Origin: Bacteroidales bacterium
Lineage (GTDB): Bacteria; Bacteroidota; Bacteroidia; Bacteroidales; FEN-979
Direction of reading: 5' to 3'
Assembly (NCBI GenBank): GCA_017882335.1
Contig: JADGPR010000008.1
Location: forward strand, 2,268-66,267
DNA length: 64,000 nt
The stretch's first letter is position 1. Each line of letters begins with the position of its first letter. The position numbers and the translations under genes are program-made. The notes under the pieces were generated by a model. It was not told the DNA's origin and ran no database searches. It saw only the letters and a program-made list of their open reading frames with translations. Shown here piece after piece: positions 1-10,282 of the stretch.

Positions 1-836
1 CAGATTCTTCCTGTGACCTGCCGAAGGAGGTACTTGACCGGTTGCAGATTCACATGGTTCCAATGAGCATCCATTTCGGCGAAACATTTTACCTCGACCG
101 TTATACCATTCAACCCGAACAATTTTATTCACTGCTCGCAAAATCGGAACAGAACCCGACCTCTGCGCAACCCTCCATCCGTGATTTCCAGAATAAATAT
201 GAGTACCTGTGTTCTCATTATTCTTCCGTGATCGCGTTAAACCTGAGTAAGGCATTAAGTGGAACTTTCAACAGCAGTTTTCAGGCTGCAAAGGAAATTT
301 CTGACAGGACCGGGAAAAGGATTGATGTGATCGATTCAGGAACTATAACCGGCGCTCTGGGCTTGATCATCTTACGCCTGGCCGAGGCAATTGAAAAAGG
401 TGCCACACATGAAGAATTACTGCCTGAAATCAGGAAATGGATTAAAAAAACTCAGGTAAGGATCACTGTGACTACTTTGAAATATATCATCCGTTCCGGA
501 CGTGTCAGTGCATTCAAAAGTATTGTTGCCAGGTCACTGGACCTGAAACCTGTGATCATCATCAATGAAGAAGGGCGTACAGTACTATCTTCAAAATCAT
601 TTACCGAAAAGGCAAGCATGAAGAAGGTGATCCGGAATATTCAGCAGATCACCCAAAAGAACAAGCTCTGGGGATATGCCATCACACATGCAAACAATGC
701 ACGCACAGCCGAATGGTTCGCCGTCCAGATGGAACAGGTCACCGGACAAAAACCGGCCTTTATAGCGCCTGCATCACCGGCTCTCGGCGCAAATGCCGGA
801 CCAGGTGTGGCCTGCGTTTCTTTTATGCTGGAATAG
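1..836 (+). CDS. DegV/FakB family fatty-acid-binding protein, 5' partial (frame open to window edge)
   Basis: Frame from nt 3 reads DSSCDLP..IHMVP (DegV N-terminal motif); also PTSAQPS, LSKALSGTFNS, IDS, SGRV and a C-terminal GPG motif. Confidence 0.85.
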   Translation, partial: DSSCDLPKEVLDRLQIHMVPMSIHFGETFYLDRYTIQPEQFYSLLAKSEQNPTSAQPSIRDFQNKYEYLCSHYSSVIALNLSKALSGTFNSSFQAAKEISDRTGKRIDVIDSGTITGALGLIILRLAEAIEKGATHEELLPEIRKWIKKTQVRITVTTLKYIIRSGRVSAFKSIVARSLDLKPVIIINEEGRTVLSSKSFTEKASMKKVIRNIQQITQKNKLWGYAITHANNARTAEWFAVQMEQVTGQKPAFIAPASPALGANAGPGVACVSFMLE

Positions 837-940
837 AAGATCGTCACGCGTTACGCGTCATACGTAACGAAAACATCTACTCCCAAACTTTCCGATCCTG
901 GTTTCGTGGTTTTTTGATATTTTAGCAGAAAATCAATCTC

Positions 941-3034
941 ATGATCAACCAGCAACTCATTCATCCCGGAAGCATTGTCGTTATCGGAGGTTCAAATGAT
1001 GTTCAGAAACCAGGCGGCGCGGTGTTGCGAAACCTAATCGAAGGCGGGTTCAATGGCAAACTATATGTTACTAACCTGAAGGAACCTGAAGTTCAGGGAA
1101 TAAGAAGTTACAACGATCCTTCCCTTTTACCGGACGTTGATCTTGCCATCATTGCAATAGCTGCAAAATATATTCCTGATACCGTGGAACTCCTGGTCAC
1201 CCAAAAAAACACCCGTGCTTTTATTATTCTTTCGGCAGGTTTTTCTGAAGAGAACCAGGAAGGAAAAGTGCTTGAGCAGAAAGTGGTGGATAGCATCAAC
1301 CAGGTGAGTGGTTCATTGATTGGGCCGAATTGCATAGGCATATTGACTCCTTTCTACCACGGGGTTTTTACGAAACCCATCCCACGACTGGATCCGATGG
1401 GCTGTGATTTTATTTCCGGTTCTGGCGCTACGGCCTGTTTTATTATGGAAGCAGGGATCCCGAACGGACTAACTTTTGCCAGTGTATTCTCCGTTGGTAA
1501 CAGCGCTCAGATGGGTGTGGAGGATATCCTTCAGTACCTGGATGAGACCTTTGAACCTGGGAAGAGTTCAAAAGTGAAACTTATCTATATGGAAAATTTT
1601 TCCAAACCGCAATTACTGCTGAAACATGCATCATCCCTTGTCCGGAAAGGATGCAGGATCGCAGCAGTCAAGGCCGGCTCCTCGGAAGCAGGCAGCCGTG
1701 CAGCTTCTTCGCATACGGGCGCATTGGCAAGCCCAGATGTGGCAGTGGACGCGCTTTTCAGGAAAGCAGGGATTGTTCGTTGTTATGGAAGGGAAGACCT
1801 CATCGCTGTGGCTTCTATCTTCATGCATTCGGAACTGAAAGGAAAGAACATAGGCATCATTACGCATGCAGGTGGCCCGGCAGTCATGCTTACCGATGCC
1901 CTGTCAAACGGAGGAATGAACGTTCCCCACATTGAAGGTCCTGCTGCAAAAGAATTACTATCACAACTTTTCCCTGGATCTTCGGTGGCCAACCCCATCG
2001 ATTTTCTCGCCACGGGTACCGCACAGCAACTTGGAAACATAATCGATTATTGCGAAACCCGCTTTGATACGGTCGATGGAATGGCTGTGATATTCGGTAC
2101 TCCCGGACTGAACAAGGTTTTCGATGTGTATTCAGTTCTGGATGAGAAGATGAAAACGGCGGTGAAGCCCATTTTTTCTATCCTTCCTTCCATTCTTACT
2201 GCTGCTCCGGAGATAGAAGATTTTATCTCCAGGGGAAGAATATTTTTCAGGGATGAAGTGGTTTTTGGAAATGCACTCGCAAGAGTTTACAATACACATC
2301 GTCCGTTTGTCGAGAAATCCCTGATCCAGGAAGTAGATCATAACCGGATCCGGAATGTCATCAACCAGGCGCAAGATGGCTTCATCTCACCGGGTGAAAT
2401 CTGTGAACTATTGGATGCCAGCGGGATACGGAGAGCAGGTGAAGCTTTGGTGAATACAGTTAAAGATGCCGTGAAAGAGGCAAAAGTGCTGCGTTTCCCG
2501 GTCGTTATGAAGGTGGTCGGCCCCGTTCATAAATCGGATGTAGGCGGAGTCGTACTGAATGTTAAAGATGAAAAGGCTGTTACCCGCGAATTTGAACGGA
2601 TGATTCGCATCCAGGATACGACAGCTGTCCTGATCCAACCCATGCTTTCAGGTACCGAACTATTTGTAGGGGCCAAGTACGAGCCTAAATTCGGACACAT
2701 GATCCTTTGCGGATTGGGCGGAATCTTTATCGAAGTGCTGAAAGATGTTGCTGCCGGATTAACGCCACTGGGCAAGGAAGAAGCCCTCTTCATGATCAGG
2801 AACCTGAAGAGCTATAAGATCATCAAAGGTGTGCGTGGACAAAAAGGCGTAAATGAAGAACTGTTTGCAGATGTCATCCTCAAGCTTTCCGCATTGTTAA
2901 AGTCAGCACCTGAGATCATGGAACTCGATTTCAATCCCGTGCTCGGGAAAGAAGATTCCATTACCGTTGTGGATGCCAGGATCAACCTGAAAAAAATTAA
3001 TGCAGGAACCCGATTTGTTGGAGGAATCCCATAG
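941..3034 (+). CDS. ADP-forming acyl/acetate-CoA ligase (fused alpha-beta subunits)
   Basis: CoA-binding domain (VIGGS, LSAGFSE, GPNCIG), phosphohistidine motif SHTGALA, NPIDF, C-terminal ATP-grasp (PVVMK, HKSDVGGV, ELDFNP, VDAR). Confidence 0.9.
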   Translation: MINQQLIHPGSIVVIGGSNDVQKPGGAVLRNLIEGGFNGKLYVTNLKEPEVQGIRSYNDPSLLPDVDLAIIAIAAKYIPDTVELLVTQKNTRAFIILSAGFSEENQEGKVLEQKVVDSINQVSGSLIGPNCIGILTPFYHGVFTKPIPRLDPMGCDFISGSGATACFIMEAGIPNGLTFASVFSVGNSAQMGVEDILQYLDETFEPGKSSKVKLIYMENFSKPQLLLKHASSLVRKGCRIAAVKAGSSEAGSRAASSHTGALASPDVAVDALFRKAGIVRCYGREDLIAVASIFMHSELKGKNIGIITHAGGPAVMLTDALSNGGMNVPHIEGPAAKELLSQLFPGSSVANPIDFLATGTAQQLGNIIDYCETRFDTVDGMAVIFGTPGLNKVFDVYSVLDEKMKTAVKPIFSILPSILTAAPEIEDFISRGRIFFRDEVVFGNALARVYNTHRPFVEKSLIQEVDHNRIRNVINQAQDGFISPGEICELLDASGIRRAGEALVNTVKDAVKEAKVLRFPVVMKVVGPVHKSDVGGVVLNVKDEKAVTREFERMIRIQDTTAVLIQPMLSGTELFVGAKYEPKFGHMILCGLGGIFIEVLKDVAAGLTPLGKEEALFMIRNLKSYKIIKGVRGQKGVNEELFADVILKLSALLKSAPEIMELDFNPVLGKEDSITVVDARINLKKINAGTRFVGGIP

Positions 3035-3614
3035 CCAGCGACGGTTTTAATGCAATCATAAAGATCACACCATAAACGGCCCCCCAGAAATGCGCATCAT
3101 GGCCGATGTTATCCTTGGCTTTCCTGCTCATGTAAAATTCATAGATGATATAAAGAATTCCAAAGATCCATGCCGGAATTTCAAGCGGGACGAAAAAAAA
3201 TGAGATGGGGGCCTTCGGAATTATGATTATGCTGGCAAAGATCACGGAGGATACTGCACCGGAAGCACCGACTGCATTATAAAAAACATCATTTTTATGT
3301 TTTCCGAAGGCAGGGATGATCGATAGCAACAATCCTCCTAAATAAAGAAGAATATAGTACAGAATGTATTTTTCTACAAAATACACCTTGAAGAAATGTT
3401 CTACAAGGTTTCCGAATGAGTAAAGCACCAACATATTGATCAGCAGATGAACCCATCCCGAATGCAGGAAGCCATAGGAAAAAAACCGGTACCACTGGTT
3501 GCTGTGCTTTACATCAAAAGCATTGAACTTTAACCGGTTGAATAGCTCCTCGTTGTTGAAACAAATGATCGAAGTTACAACCGTGAAAAGTATGATTCCG
3601 TAAGTGATTTCCAT
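2997..3614 (-). CDS. Rhomboid family intramembrane serine protease
   Basis: WYRFFSYGFLH, HLLINM, catalytic GASG and AHFWGA; multiple TM helices. Its 3' end overlaps the convergent ligase gene by 38 nt. Confidence 0.9.
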   Translation of the reverse strand: MEITYGIILFTVVTSIICFNNEELFNRLKFNAFDVKHSNQWYRFFSYGFLHSGWVHLLINMLVLYSFGNLVEHFFKVYFVEKYILYYILLYLGGLLLSIIPAFGKHKNDVFYNAVGASGAVSSVIFASIIIIPKAPISFFFVPLEIPAWIFGILYIIYEFYMSRKAKDNIGHDAHFWGAVYGVIFMIALKPSLAMGFLQQIGFLH

Positions 3615-3632
3615 ACTTGTAGAAAAGAAATT

Positions 3633-3696
3633 AAGTTATAAAGTTCATAAAGTTATAAAGTTCATAAAGTTATAAAGTTCATAAAGTTCATAAAGT
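3633..3696. repeat. Tandem AAGTTATA/AAGTTCATA array (7 units)
   Basis: Read directly; a related degenerate array lies at about 19533-19565. Confidence 0.9.
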
Positions 3697-3740
3697 GTTA
3701 AGTTTTAAGGATAAATTCCTGCAATCCCACACTCACACAT

Positions 3741-3775
3741 CCAGCATCCAGTATCCAGCATCCAGTATCCAGCAT
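3741..3775. repeat. Heptamer array (CCAGYAT)5
   Basis: ccagcat ccagtat ccagcat ccagtat ccagcat, read directly. Confidence 0.9.
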
Positions 3776-3777
3776 CT

Positions 3778-4605
3778 TTACTTGCCAACTTTCTCAGTCT
3801 TCGGAAGCTTAGTGTAATCAATCTCCGATCCGAGCATGCTATGAGGGATCAGGAAAACAACCAGCAATACGATGGAAGCAAGAATGGGCCAGAATTTCGT
3901 TTCCCGGTTCTTATATTGAACAATAAGTGCAATAACCCAGAAAAGGAAAGCAACAATGGATTTGTTGTCGGTCAGGTCGTGACCGAAAGGCCAACCGGCC
4001 CAAAAAACATTAAAGGAAAATTTCTGAACAATTGGCCCGAGGATCAGGCCTCCGATGAGAAGGGTAACAATGGTGATCCAGGTATAAAGGAGAGTGTTTT
4101 TCCCTTTGGTGATTGCTTCAAGTCCGGTGATGGTAGAAAACAGCATCGCTAGAAAGATGATCAGGATATGGGGAAGAAGGATGTACATCGGTACATGCCC
4201 TTTATAGCGGAGAACAGCCGGTTCTTCGTTCAGTAAAACCTGTTCGTTCCCTTTGGCAAGGGTGATATGATACATCACCTTGCCGGCAATATCCTGGTGC
4301 GGCAGACTGCCAATGAGGGAGTCGCCTTTCCTCACCATTGGAGCAGTGGTCCAGCTGTCGTAACTTTTAAATCTCCTGAATTGAACTTTGCCCTTTATGG
4401 AGGTATCAGCAATTTTAAGAATAACTTTGGCATCATCCTGACCATCATAAGTCCGGATCAAATCAGCTTTTATAACCTTTTGCCCGATCTCTTTTTTCAC
4501 ATCCATCGGGTATGTAGGTCCCGTTCTGCGCTGATATCCGGCAATCACCACCGTGAAAATAAATGCAAAGATCCAGATCATCCAGTTTTTTAGTGTCTTG
4601 TTCAT
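3778..4605 (-). CDS. Hypothetical integral membrane protein (N-terminal TM, soluble domain, about 4 C-terminal TMs)
   Basis: 275-aa ORF with clear hydrophobic segments; upstream TATCTTTG promoter at 4703-4710 (minus strand). Confidence 0.7.
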   Translation of the reverse strand: MNKTLKNWMIWIFAFIFTVVIAGYQRRTGPTYPMDVKKEIGQKVIKADLIRTYDGQDDAKVILKIADTSIKGKVQFRRFKSYDSWTTAPMVRKGDSLIGSLPHQDIAGKVMYHITLAKGNEQVLLNEEPAVLRYKGHVPMYILLPHILIIFLAMLFSTITGLEAITKGKNTLLYTWITIVTLLIGGLILGPIVQKFSFNVFWAGWPFGHDLTDNKSIVAFLFWVIALIVQYKNRETKFWPILASIVLLVVFLIPHSMLGSEIDYTKLPKTEKVGK

Positions 4606-4628
4606 ATTTCTTTAATTTTCGCTATTCG

Positions 4629-4696
4629 CTAGAATAATTTCACCCCTGAGGGGTTCCAAGGTTTTTTTTGTTTTTATTTCGCTATTTCGCTATTTG
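4629..4696. repeat. REP-like element, single copy of the unit arrayed at 39554-39790
   Basis: ctagaataatttcacccctgaggggttc + T-tract + ttcgctatttcgctattt matches the last array unit and its tail. Confidence 0.85.
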
Positions 4697-4711
4697 TCAT
4701 GGCAAAGATAA

Positions 4712-7654
4712 TTATTTCTTCACATATGAATCTTGCAAGATGTCATACATAGCCTGGTGGATTTTCGTCCGGATATTCATTTCGACGATTCTCTCATTCG
4801 ATGCATCGGGATAAACCCTGTTGGAAAGGAAAATATAGCTAAGGCGGTTTTCCGGGTCTGCCCAGATATAGGTTCCTGTAAAGCCGGAATGGCCGAAACT
4901 TCTTGGTGAAGCGCTTTTACAGGAAGGTCCGTCGGTTATTGAAGTCAAGGTTGGTTTATCAAATCCCAATGCTCTTCTGTTGCCATTGGCAGGAAACTGG
5001 ACACGCGTAAATTCTTTTATGGTGGAAGGAAGGAAATATTGTTTTCCCCCGTATTCCCCGTTATTCAAAAACAGCTGGAGGAGGACTGCCAGGTCGGCTG
5101 CATTTGAGAAAAGTCCGGCATGGCCTGAGACCCCGCCAAGCATAGCGGCTCCGGGGTCGTGCACATCGCCCCGGATGAGTTGTTTCCTGAAAATAGTATC
5201 ATATTCCGTTGGCATGATCCGGCTTGCAGGGAAACGCTTTCGCGGGAGGAACCCAGTTGTCGACAATCCAAGCGGTTTGTAAAATGAAGAAGAAAGATAG
5301 TCTTCCATGGATTCTCCTGTTTCCTTCTCAATGATCCGGCGCAACAAATAGAACCCCATATCACTGTATTTGTAATCCCGGGTTGGCCGCAACGGGGCAT
5401 CCATGATGGCCCAGTAAACCGAATCCGGGTAATCCCTGCGGATATAAAGATTTTCTGCAACCCGCAAGGGATATCCTTCAGATGGATGATGCTGATAAAT
5501 TGCAGGATCAGGTCGCCCTTTATGAAGTGTTTTGAGATAAAATGGAATCCAGGCCTGCAAACCCGCCTGGTGAGTCATCACATCCCGCAAAATTAAATCC
5601 TGTTTGTTCGATCCTTTCAATTCGGGAAGATAGGTTCCCAGTTTTTCATCCAGGGAGATCTTCTTCTCCTCAACCAATTTCATAATGGCCAGGGTCGTAG
5701 CAGCCACCTTCGTCACCGAGGCCAGGTCATAGATGTCTCCATTGGTTACCTTCAGGGTATCTTCATACCTCGGATGGCCAAATGACTTATTGTAAAATAC
5801 CTTTCCATCAAGAGCAAATACAATTTGACACCCGGGATAGGCTCGTTTATCGATACCCGACAGTGCAATGGAGTCGATGGTTTTTAGTTTTTCTGACGGA
5901 ACACCGATCTCCTCCGGGAAAACAAATTCCAACCGGGTCACGGACGTGGAAATCCCTGTCATATAAGGAAATGAATGCGATGCTGTGACCGGCAGATGGC
6001 CCCGGGCCTTGATTGCCCCAAAGATCAGTCCGGCAGAAAGCGATTGTGATTCCGGGCAGTCCTGGTAAGATGCAACGATAGCTTCCAGGTTACCGGGATT
6101 TTTCAGGAAGGACAATACATAAGGGCTTCCGAAAACATCAAGGATGACTTTCTTGATCGCACTTAAAGTATCGATCAGCTTTAGGGCACATTCCTGTATT
6201 CCGTATTGACGGGAGATCAATCCCTGGTTGCAGTGAAGGCCGATTATGATAAGGTCATTATCTTTTAACTCTGCGATTAGTGAATCTTTCCTGTTGATGG
6301 AAAATGAAGCCGGCAGTGAAATATTCTTTACCGGTGCATAGCGTGAGATCATTTCCTGGAAGGGCTGCAAGACCGTATCTCCGATGAAGACCACCGCTAT
6401 CTTTCTCCGGTCAAGGAAGTTGATAGGGATCAGCTGGTTTTCATTTTTCACAAGGGTGATGGAATTCCGGAAAATCTTTCGTGTGAGTACTTCCGAATTC
6501 ACTGAGTTTATATCTTCCGGGAGATGGATCAACGAAACTGGGGTAAGATGGCTAAGCCCGGCTTTATATTTTAGATTGAGCATCGTACGGCATTTCTGAT
6601 CGATCAGCTCCTGCGGGATCAGGGCGCTGTCGCGTGCTTCGCGGATAGCATTCACTGCCTTTTCCAGATTCTTTGGCAGGAGGAGAATATCATTCCCGGC
6701 CATCAGCGCTTTGACTTCTATTTCCCCGGGTTTAAAATATTTGGTGACGCCCTTCATGTCAAGGGCATCTGTTATTACAAACCCCCTGAACCCCATCTTT
6801 TCTTTCAGCAACCCGGTCACGATTTTTTTAGAAAGTGTGGCAGGGGTATTCCTGGTGGAGTCGAAGGCAGGTACAAACAGGTGGGCGATCATGATTCCAT
6901 CCACACCATTATGAATCGCTTCCCGGAATGGATAGAGTTCAACGGAATCAAGCCTTTCCTGTGAGTGATGAATGACCGGTAATGTAAGGTGGGAGTCGCT
7001 GTCAGTATCTCCGTGCCCGGGAAAATGTTTCGCCGTAGTCAGAATTCCGCCCGACTGCAATCCTTTCATAAAAGCGGTACTTCTGTGTGCAACCTCTTCA
7101 GGGTTTTCCCCGAAAGACCTGAAACCGATCACAGGGTTATCGGGGTTGTTGTTGATATCGATGACAGGAGCAAAATTCATATGAATTCCCATCCTCCTGC
7201 AATCCTTTGCAACCAGTACTCCCATTTCTCTGATGAGGGAATCATCAGGGAGGGCTCCCAGGGTCATAGCCCGTGGAAAGTAAGATACGCTGTCAAGACG
7301 CATACCTAACCCGTACTCGGCGTCGATGGCGATCAATAAAGGCGTCTGCGAATGCTGCTGGACGGTATTGGTGAGTGATGCCTGCCGGCAGGGAGTTCCT
7401 TTAAAGAAACAAACGCCTCCCGGGTTCCATTTCCGGACAAGATTGGTAAGGGTGTCGTTATAAACGGAATCCCTGTCGGAGAAGGCTCGGATAATGAATA
7501 ACTGTGCTATGCGCTGGTTGGTAGTGAGCGAATTAAATACGGAGTCAACCCAGGTGGAATCCGGTTTCGGAAAAACGGAGGATGCCTTTAAAGTAAGACA
7601 GGCAAGCAAAACAAGCAAAAAAACAATTCCCGAAAGGCCCCTGATTTTTTTCAT
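4712..7654 (-). CDS. GH3 beta-N-acetylhexosaminidase (NagZ-type) fused to a serine beta-lactamase-fold hydrolase; signal peptide
   Basis: NagZ signature KHFPGHGDTDSDSH and ITDALDM; C-terminal ASVTK (SxxK), YSD, GHSGFTG. Start moved to MKKIRG at 7654. Confidence 0.88.
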   Translation of the reverse strand: MKKIRGLSGIVFLLVLLACLTLKASSVFPKPDSTWVDSVFNSLTTNQRIAQLFIIRAFSDRDSVYNDTLTNLVRKWNPGGVCFFKGTPCRQASLTNTVQQHSQTPLLIAIDAEYGLGMRLDSVSYFPRAMTLGALPDDSLIREMGVLVAKDCRRMGIHMNFAPVIDINNNPDNPVIGFRSFGENPEEVAHRSTAFMKGLQSGGILTTAKHFPGHGDTDSDSHLTLPVIHHSQERLDSVELYPFREAIHNGVDGIMIAHLFVPAFDSTRNTPATLSKKIVTGLLKEKMGFRGFVITDALDMKGVTKYFKPGEIEVKALMAGNDILLLPKNLEKAVNAIREARDSALIPQELIDQKCRTMLNLKYKAGLSHLTPVSLIHLPEDINSVNSEVLTRKIFRNSITLVKNENQLIPINFLDRRKIAVVFIGDTVLQPFQEMISRYAPVKNISLPASFSINRKDSLIAELKDNDLIIIGLHCNQGLISRQYGIQECALKLIDTLSAIKKVILDVFGSPYVLSFLKNPGNLEAIVASYQDCPESQSLSAGLIFGAIKARGHLPVTASHSFPYMTGISTSVTRLEFVFPEEIGVPSEKLKTIDSIALSGIDKRAYPGCQIVFALDGKVFYNKSFGHPRYEDTLKVTNGDIYDLASVTKVAATTLAIMKLVEEKKISLDEKLGTYLPELKGSNKQDLILRDVMTHQAGLQAWIPFYLKTLHKGRPDPAIYQHHPSEGYPLRVAENLYIRRDYPDSVYWAIMDAPLRPTRDYKYSDMGFYLLRRIIEKETGESMEDYLSSSFYKPLGLSTTGFLPRKRFPASRIMPTEYDTIFRKQLIRGDVHDPGAAMLGGVSGHAGLFSNAADLAVLLQLFLNNGEYGGKQYFLPSTIKEFTRVQFPANGNRRALGFDKPTLTSITDGPSCKSASPRSFGHSGFTGTYIWADPENRLSYIFLSNRVYPDASNERIVEMNIRTKIHQAMYDILQDSYVKK

Positions 7655-7835
7655 TCCCGGTTTTAAATCTGCAGACCACAAAAGAAATAAAAATGAGGAT
7701 TGGTTCGTTAAATCTTATCCATATTTATGAACATTTATGAAAGGCTCCGTCGAATTGTAATATTTTTGAAACGCTTTTCTTCGACTGCTTCCACAGTTTA
7801 CCTGTGATCCGAAAATCAACAAAATAATCCATCTA

Positions 7836-8681
7836 ATGCCTTCAACTACTGAACTACTGAAAATTTCCACCCAGGTCCGGCGCGATATCATCCGTATGAC
7901 ACATGGAGCCGCTTCGGGCCATCCCGGTGGCTCATTGGGGTGTGCTGACTTCCTCACCACCCTCTATTTTGGGATCATGAAGCCGGATCCCAAAAACTTT
8001 ACCATGGATGGAACAGGGGAAGACCTCTTCTTCCTTTCGAACGGGCATCTTTCACCAGTATGGTACAGCGTGTTGGGACGTTACGGCTATTTCGATTTTC
8101 ATGAGTTGGGAACCTTCCGCATGCTGAATACCCGGTTGCAGGGACATCCTTCGGTGCATGAGAAATTGCCGGGGATACGGATGGCTTCCGGATCGCTCGG
8201 ACAGGGTTTGTCGGTTTCCAACGGGGCAGCATTATCCAAGAAATTGAACCAGGATCTCCATCATGTGTTTTGCCTGATGGGTGATGGCGAATTGCAGGAA
8301 GGCCAGAACTGGGAAGCTGCGATGTTTGCCGCAGCACATAAGGTGGATAACCTGATCGCGATTGTGGATGAGAATGGAAAACAGATCGACGGGCCGGTGG
8401 AGAAAGTGATCGATATGGGCGACCTGAAGGCTAAGTTTGAAGCTTTCGGATGGCTGGTAATCAGGATGAACGGAAACGATATCGCGGATATCCGCGAAAA
8501 AATGCTCCTTGCCAGGGTAGCCAGGGGGAAAGGGAAGCCGGTCATGGTACTGATGAAGACCATCATGGGATTCGGAGTCGATTTCATGCAGGACAACCAC
8601 GAATGGCACGGTGTAGCACCGAATGATGAACAGACAGTGAAAGCCCTGGCGCAACTGGAAGAAACTTTAGGAGACTACTAA
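7836..8681 (+). CDS. Transketolase, N-terminal (TPP-binding) subunit
   Basis: SGHPGGSLG, LQGHP, GSLGQG, GDGELQEG..WEA, WHG. Confidence 0.93.
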   Translation: MPSTTELLKISTQVRRDIIRMTHGAASGHPGGSLGCADFLTTLYFGIMKPDPKNFTMDGTGEDLFFLSNGHLSPVWYSVLGRYGYFDFHELGTFRMLNTRLQGHPSVHEKLPGIRMASGSLGQGLSVSNGAALSKKLNQDLHHVFCLMGDGELQEGQNWEAAMFAAAHKVDNLIAIVDENGKQIDGPVEKVIDMGDLKAKFEAFGWLVIRMNGNDIADIREKMLLARVARGKGKPVMVLMKTIMGFGVDFMQDNHEWHGVAPNDEQTVKALAQLEETLGDY

Positions 8682-8685
8682 AAAT

Positions 8686-8734
8686 AATTACGAATTACGA
8701 ATTACGAATTATGAATTTCGCGTTACGCGTCACG
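8686..8734. repeat. Heptamer array (AATTACG)3-AATTATG followed by cgcgttacgcgtcacg
   Basis: Read directly after the stop codon; the same heptamer occurs inverted at 18364-18412. Confidence 0.85.
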
Positions 8735-8771
8735 AACTTATCAAGGTTTACAGTATCAAAATAACATCAGG

Positions 8772-10151
8772 TTGTTGAAAAAAAGTGAGTTTATATTATT
8801 GTTCCTCCTGATCATTCTTACTGGAGGATTTGGACAGGGACAAGTGGGCGAAGAAAAACCAAAGCCGCTGACCCGGATTCTTTTTGTTTTTGATGCTTCA
8901 CAAAGCATGTACGGAAGGTGGCAAAGCGATACCAAATTCAACATTGCATCCCGGCTCTTTGTCAACATCCTCGACAGCCTGAAGAATGTCAAAAACCTCG
9001 AAGTTGCATTACGGGTTTACGGACACCAGAAACAATTCCCTCCGCAGGATTGCAACGATACCAAACTGGAAGTCCCGTTTGCTCCTGATAATATCGGAAG
9101 AATAAAGCATGTGCTGAAAACGATCGTACCGAAGGGAACAACCCCGATCGCCTATTCGCTCGAACAGTCGGCGAATGATTTTCCTCCCTGTGATCATTGC
9201 CGCAACATCATCATCCTGATCACTGATGGACTGGAAGAATGTAACGGTGATCCCTGCCTGGTTTCGCATGATCTCCAGAAAAAAGGAATTATCCTGAAAC
9301 CATTTATCATCGGCATCGGCAGGGATTTCGCGGAATCCTTCGATTGCGTGGGCAGCTATTTTGATGCAACCAGTGAAAAGGAATTTACCAATGCTTTGAA
9401 CATCGTTATCTCCCGTGCACTTAACCCAACCACCGCGCAGGTCAACCTTCTCGACCAGTATGGGAAAGCAACAGAAACCAATGTCAACATGACATTTTAC
9501 GATAATGTTTCCGGAAAAGTTGAATACAATTTCATTCATTCCTTTAACAGCAAGGGATTCCCCGATACCCTCGAGATCGATCCCATGTTGACTTATGATA
9601 TCGTGGTCAATACAATTCCCCCGGTGCGGAAAGATTCCGTAAAACTGACACCCGGCAAGCATAAGATCATCGGGATCGAGACCCCGCAGGGATACCTGGC
9701 ATTCAAAACTAACGGTAATTCAACCATTAAATACCTTCCTGTACTGATCCGCAGGAAAGGAGACAGGGAAACGTTGAATGTCCAGCAGTTTGACCAGGTT
9801 GAAAAATACCTTACCGGCAGCTATGATGTAGAAGTGCTCTGCCTGCCCAGGATCCAGGTGAATAACGTGGTGATCGCGCAAAGCCATACGACGACGGTTG
9901 AGATACCGGTTCCCGGCATGGCGGTGATCCAGCGTACAACCAATGGGTATGGAAGTGTTTACATTGAGGATAAAGGCCAAATGACTTGGCTATACAACCT
10001 GAAGGACAATCTCCAGCAGCAGGAAAATCTTTTCCTTCAGCCGGGAAAGTACAGGGTGGTATTCCGGTCAAAATTTTCAAACCGCTCAGAATTTACTACA
10101 GAAAAGTCGTTTGTCGTGGAAGCCGGGCAAACGGTGAATGTTAAACTGTAA
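8772..10151 (+). CDS. Secreted von Willebrand factor A domain protein
   Basis: Signal peptide; MIDAS DASQSM, GTTPIA, LITDG; beta-rich C-terminal region. Confidence 0.85.
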   Translation: MLKKSEFILLFLLIILTGGFGQGQVGEEKPKPLTRILFVFDASQSMYGRWQSDTKFNIASRLFVNILDSLKNVKNLEVALRVYGHQKQFPPQDCNDTKLEVPFAPDNIGRIKHVLKTIVPKGTTPIAYSLEQSANDFPPCDHCRNIIILITDGLEECNGDPCLVSHDLQKKGIILKPFIIGIGRDFAESFDCVGSYFDATSEKEFTNALNIVISRALNPTTAQVNLLDQYGKATETNVNMTFYDNVSGKVEYNFIHSFNSKGFPDTLEIDPMLTYDIVVNTIPPVRKDSVKLTPGKHKIIGIETPQGYLAFKTNGNSTIKYLPVLIRRKGDRETLNVQQFDQVEKYLTGSYDVEVLCLPRIQVNNVVIAQSHTTTVEIPVPGMAVIQRTTNGYGSVYIEDKGQMTWLYNLKDNLQQQENLFLQPGKYRVVFRSKFSNRSEFTTEKSFVVEAGQTVNVKL

Positions 10152-10157
10152 ATGCAG

Positions 10158-10176
10158 CCTGCCTGCCGCAGGCAGG
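10158..10176. repeat. Palindrome CCTGCCTGC-C-GCAGGCAGG (19-bp variant of the 20-bp element)
   Basis: Perfect 9-bp arms; relatives at 18380-18399 and 18747-18770. Confidence 0.85.
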
Positions 10177-10254
10177 GAATTCAGAATGCAGGAATGTAGG
10201 ATTTCAGGAAATTGATGCTGGATGCTGGATATGTGAGTGTGGGACCGGGAAATG

Positions 10255-10280
10255 ACCCCGTAGGGGTGAAATTATTCTAG
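10255..10280. repeat. REP-like element core ACCCCGTAGGGGTGAAATTATTCTAG, 2 nt before an ATG
   Basis: Reverse complement matches unit 4 of the 39554-39790 array at 25 of 26 positions. Confidence 0.85.
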
Positions 10281-10282
10281 AG

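Noticed and set aside
2997-3034. 38-nt convergent overlap of the ligase and rhomboid genes
   Set aside because: Short tail-to-tail overlaps are common; a similar 9-nt overlap occurs at 25474-25482.
4712-5950. Beta-lactamase resistance gene
   Set aside because: The SxxK domain is fused to a NagZ-type GH3, an architecture that points to peptidoglycan or glycan turnover.
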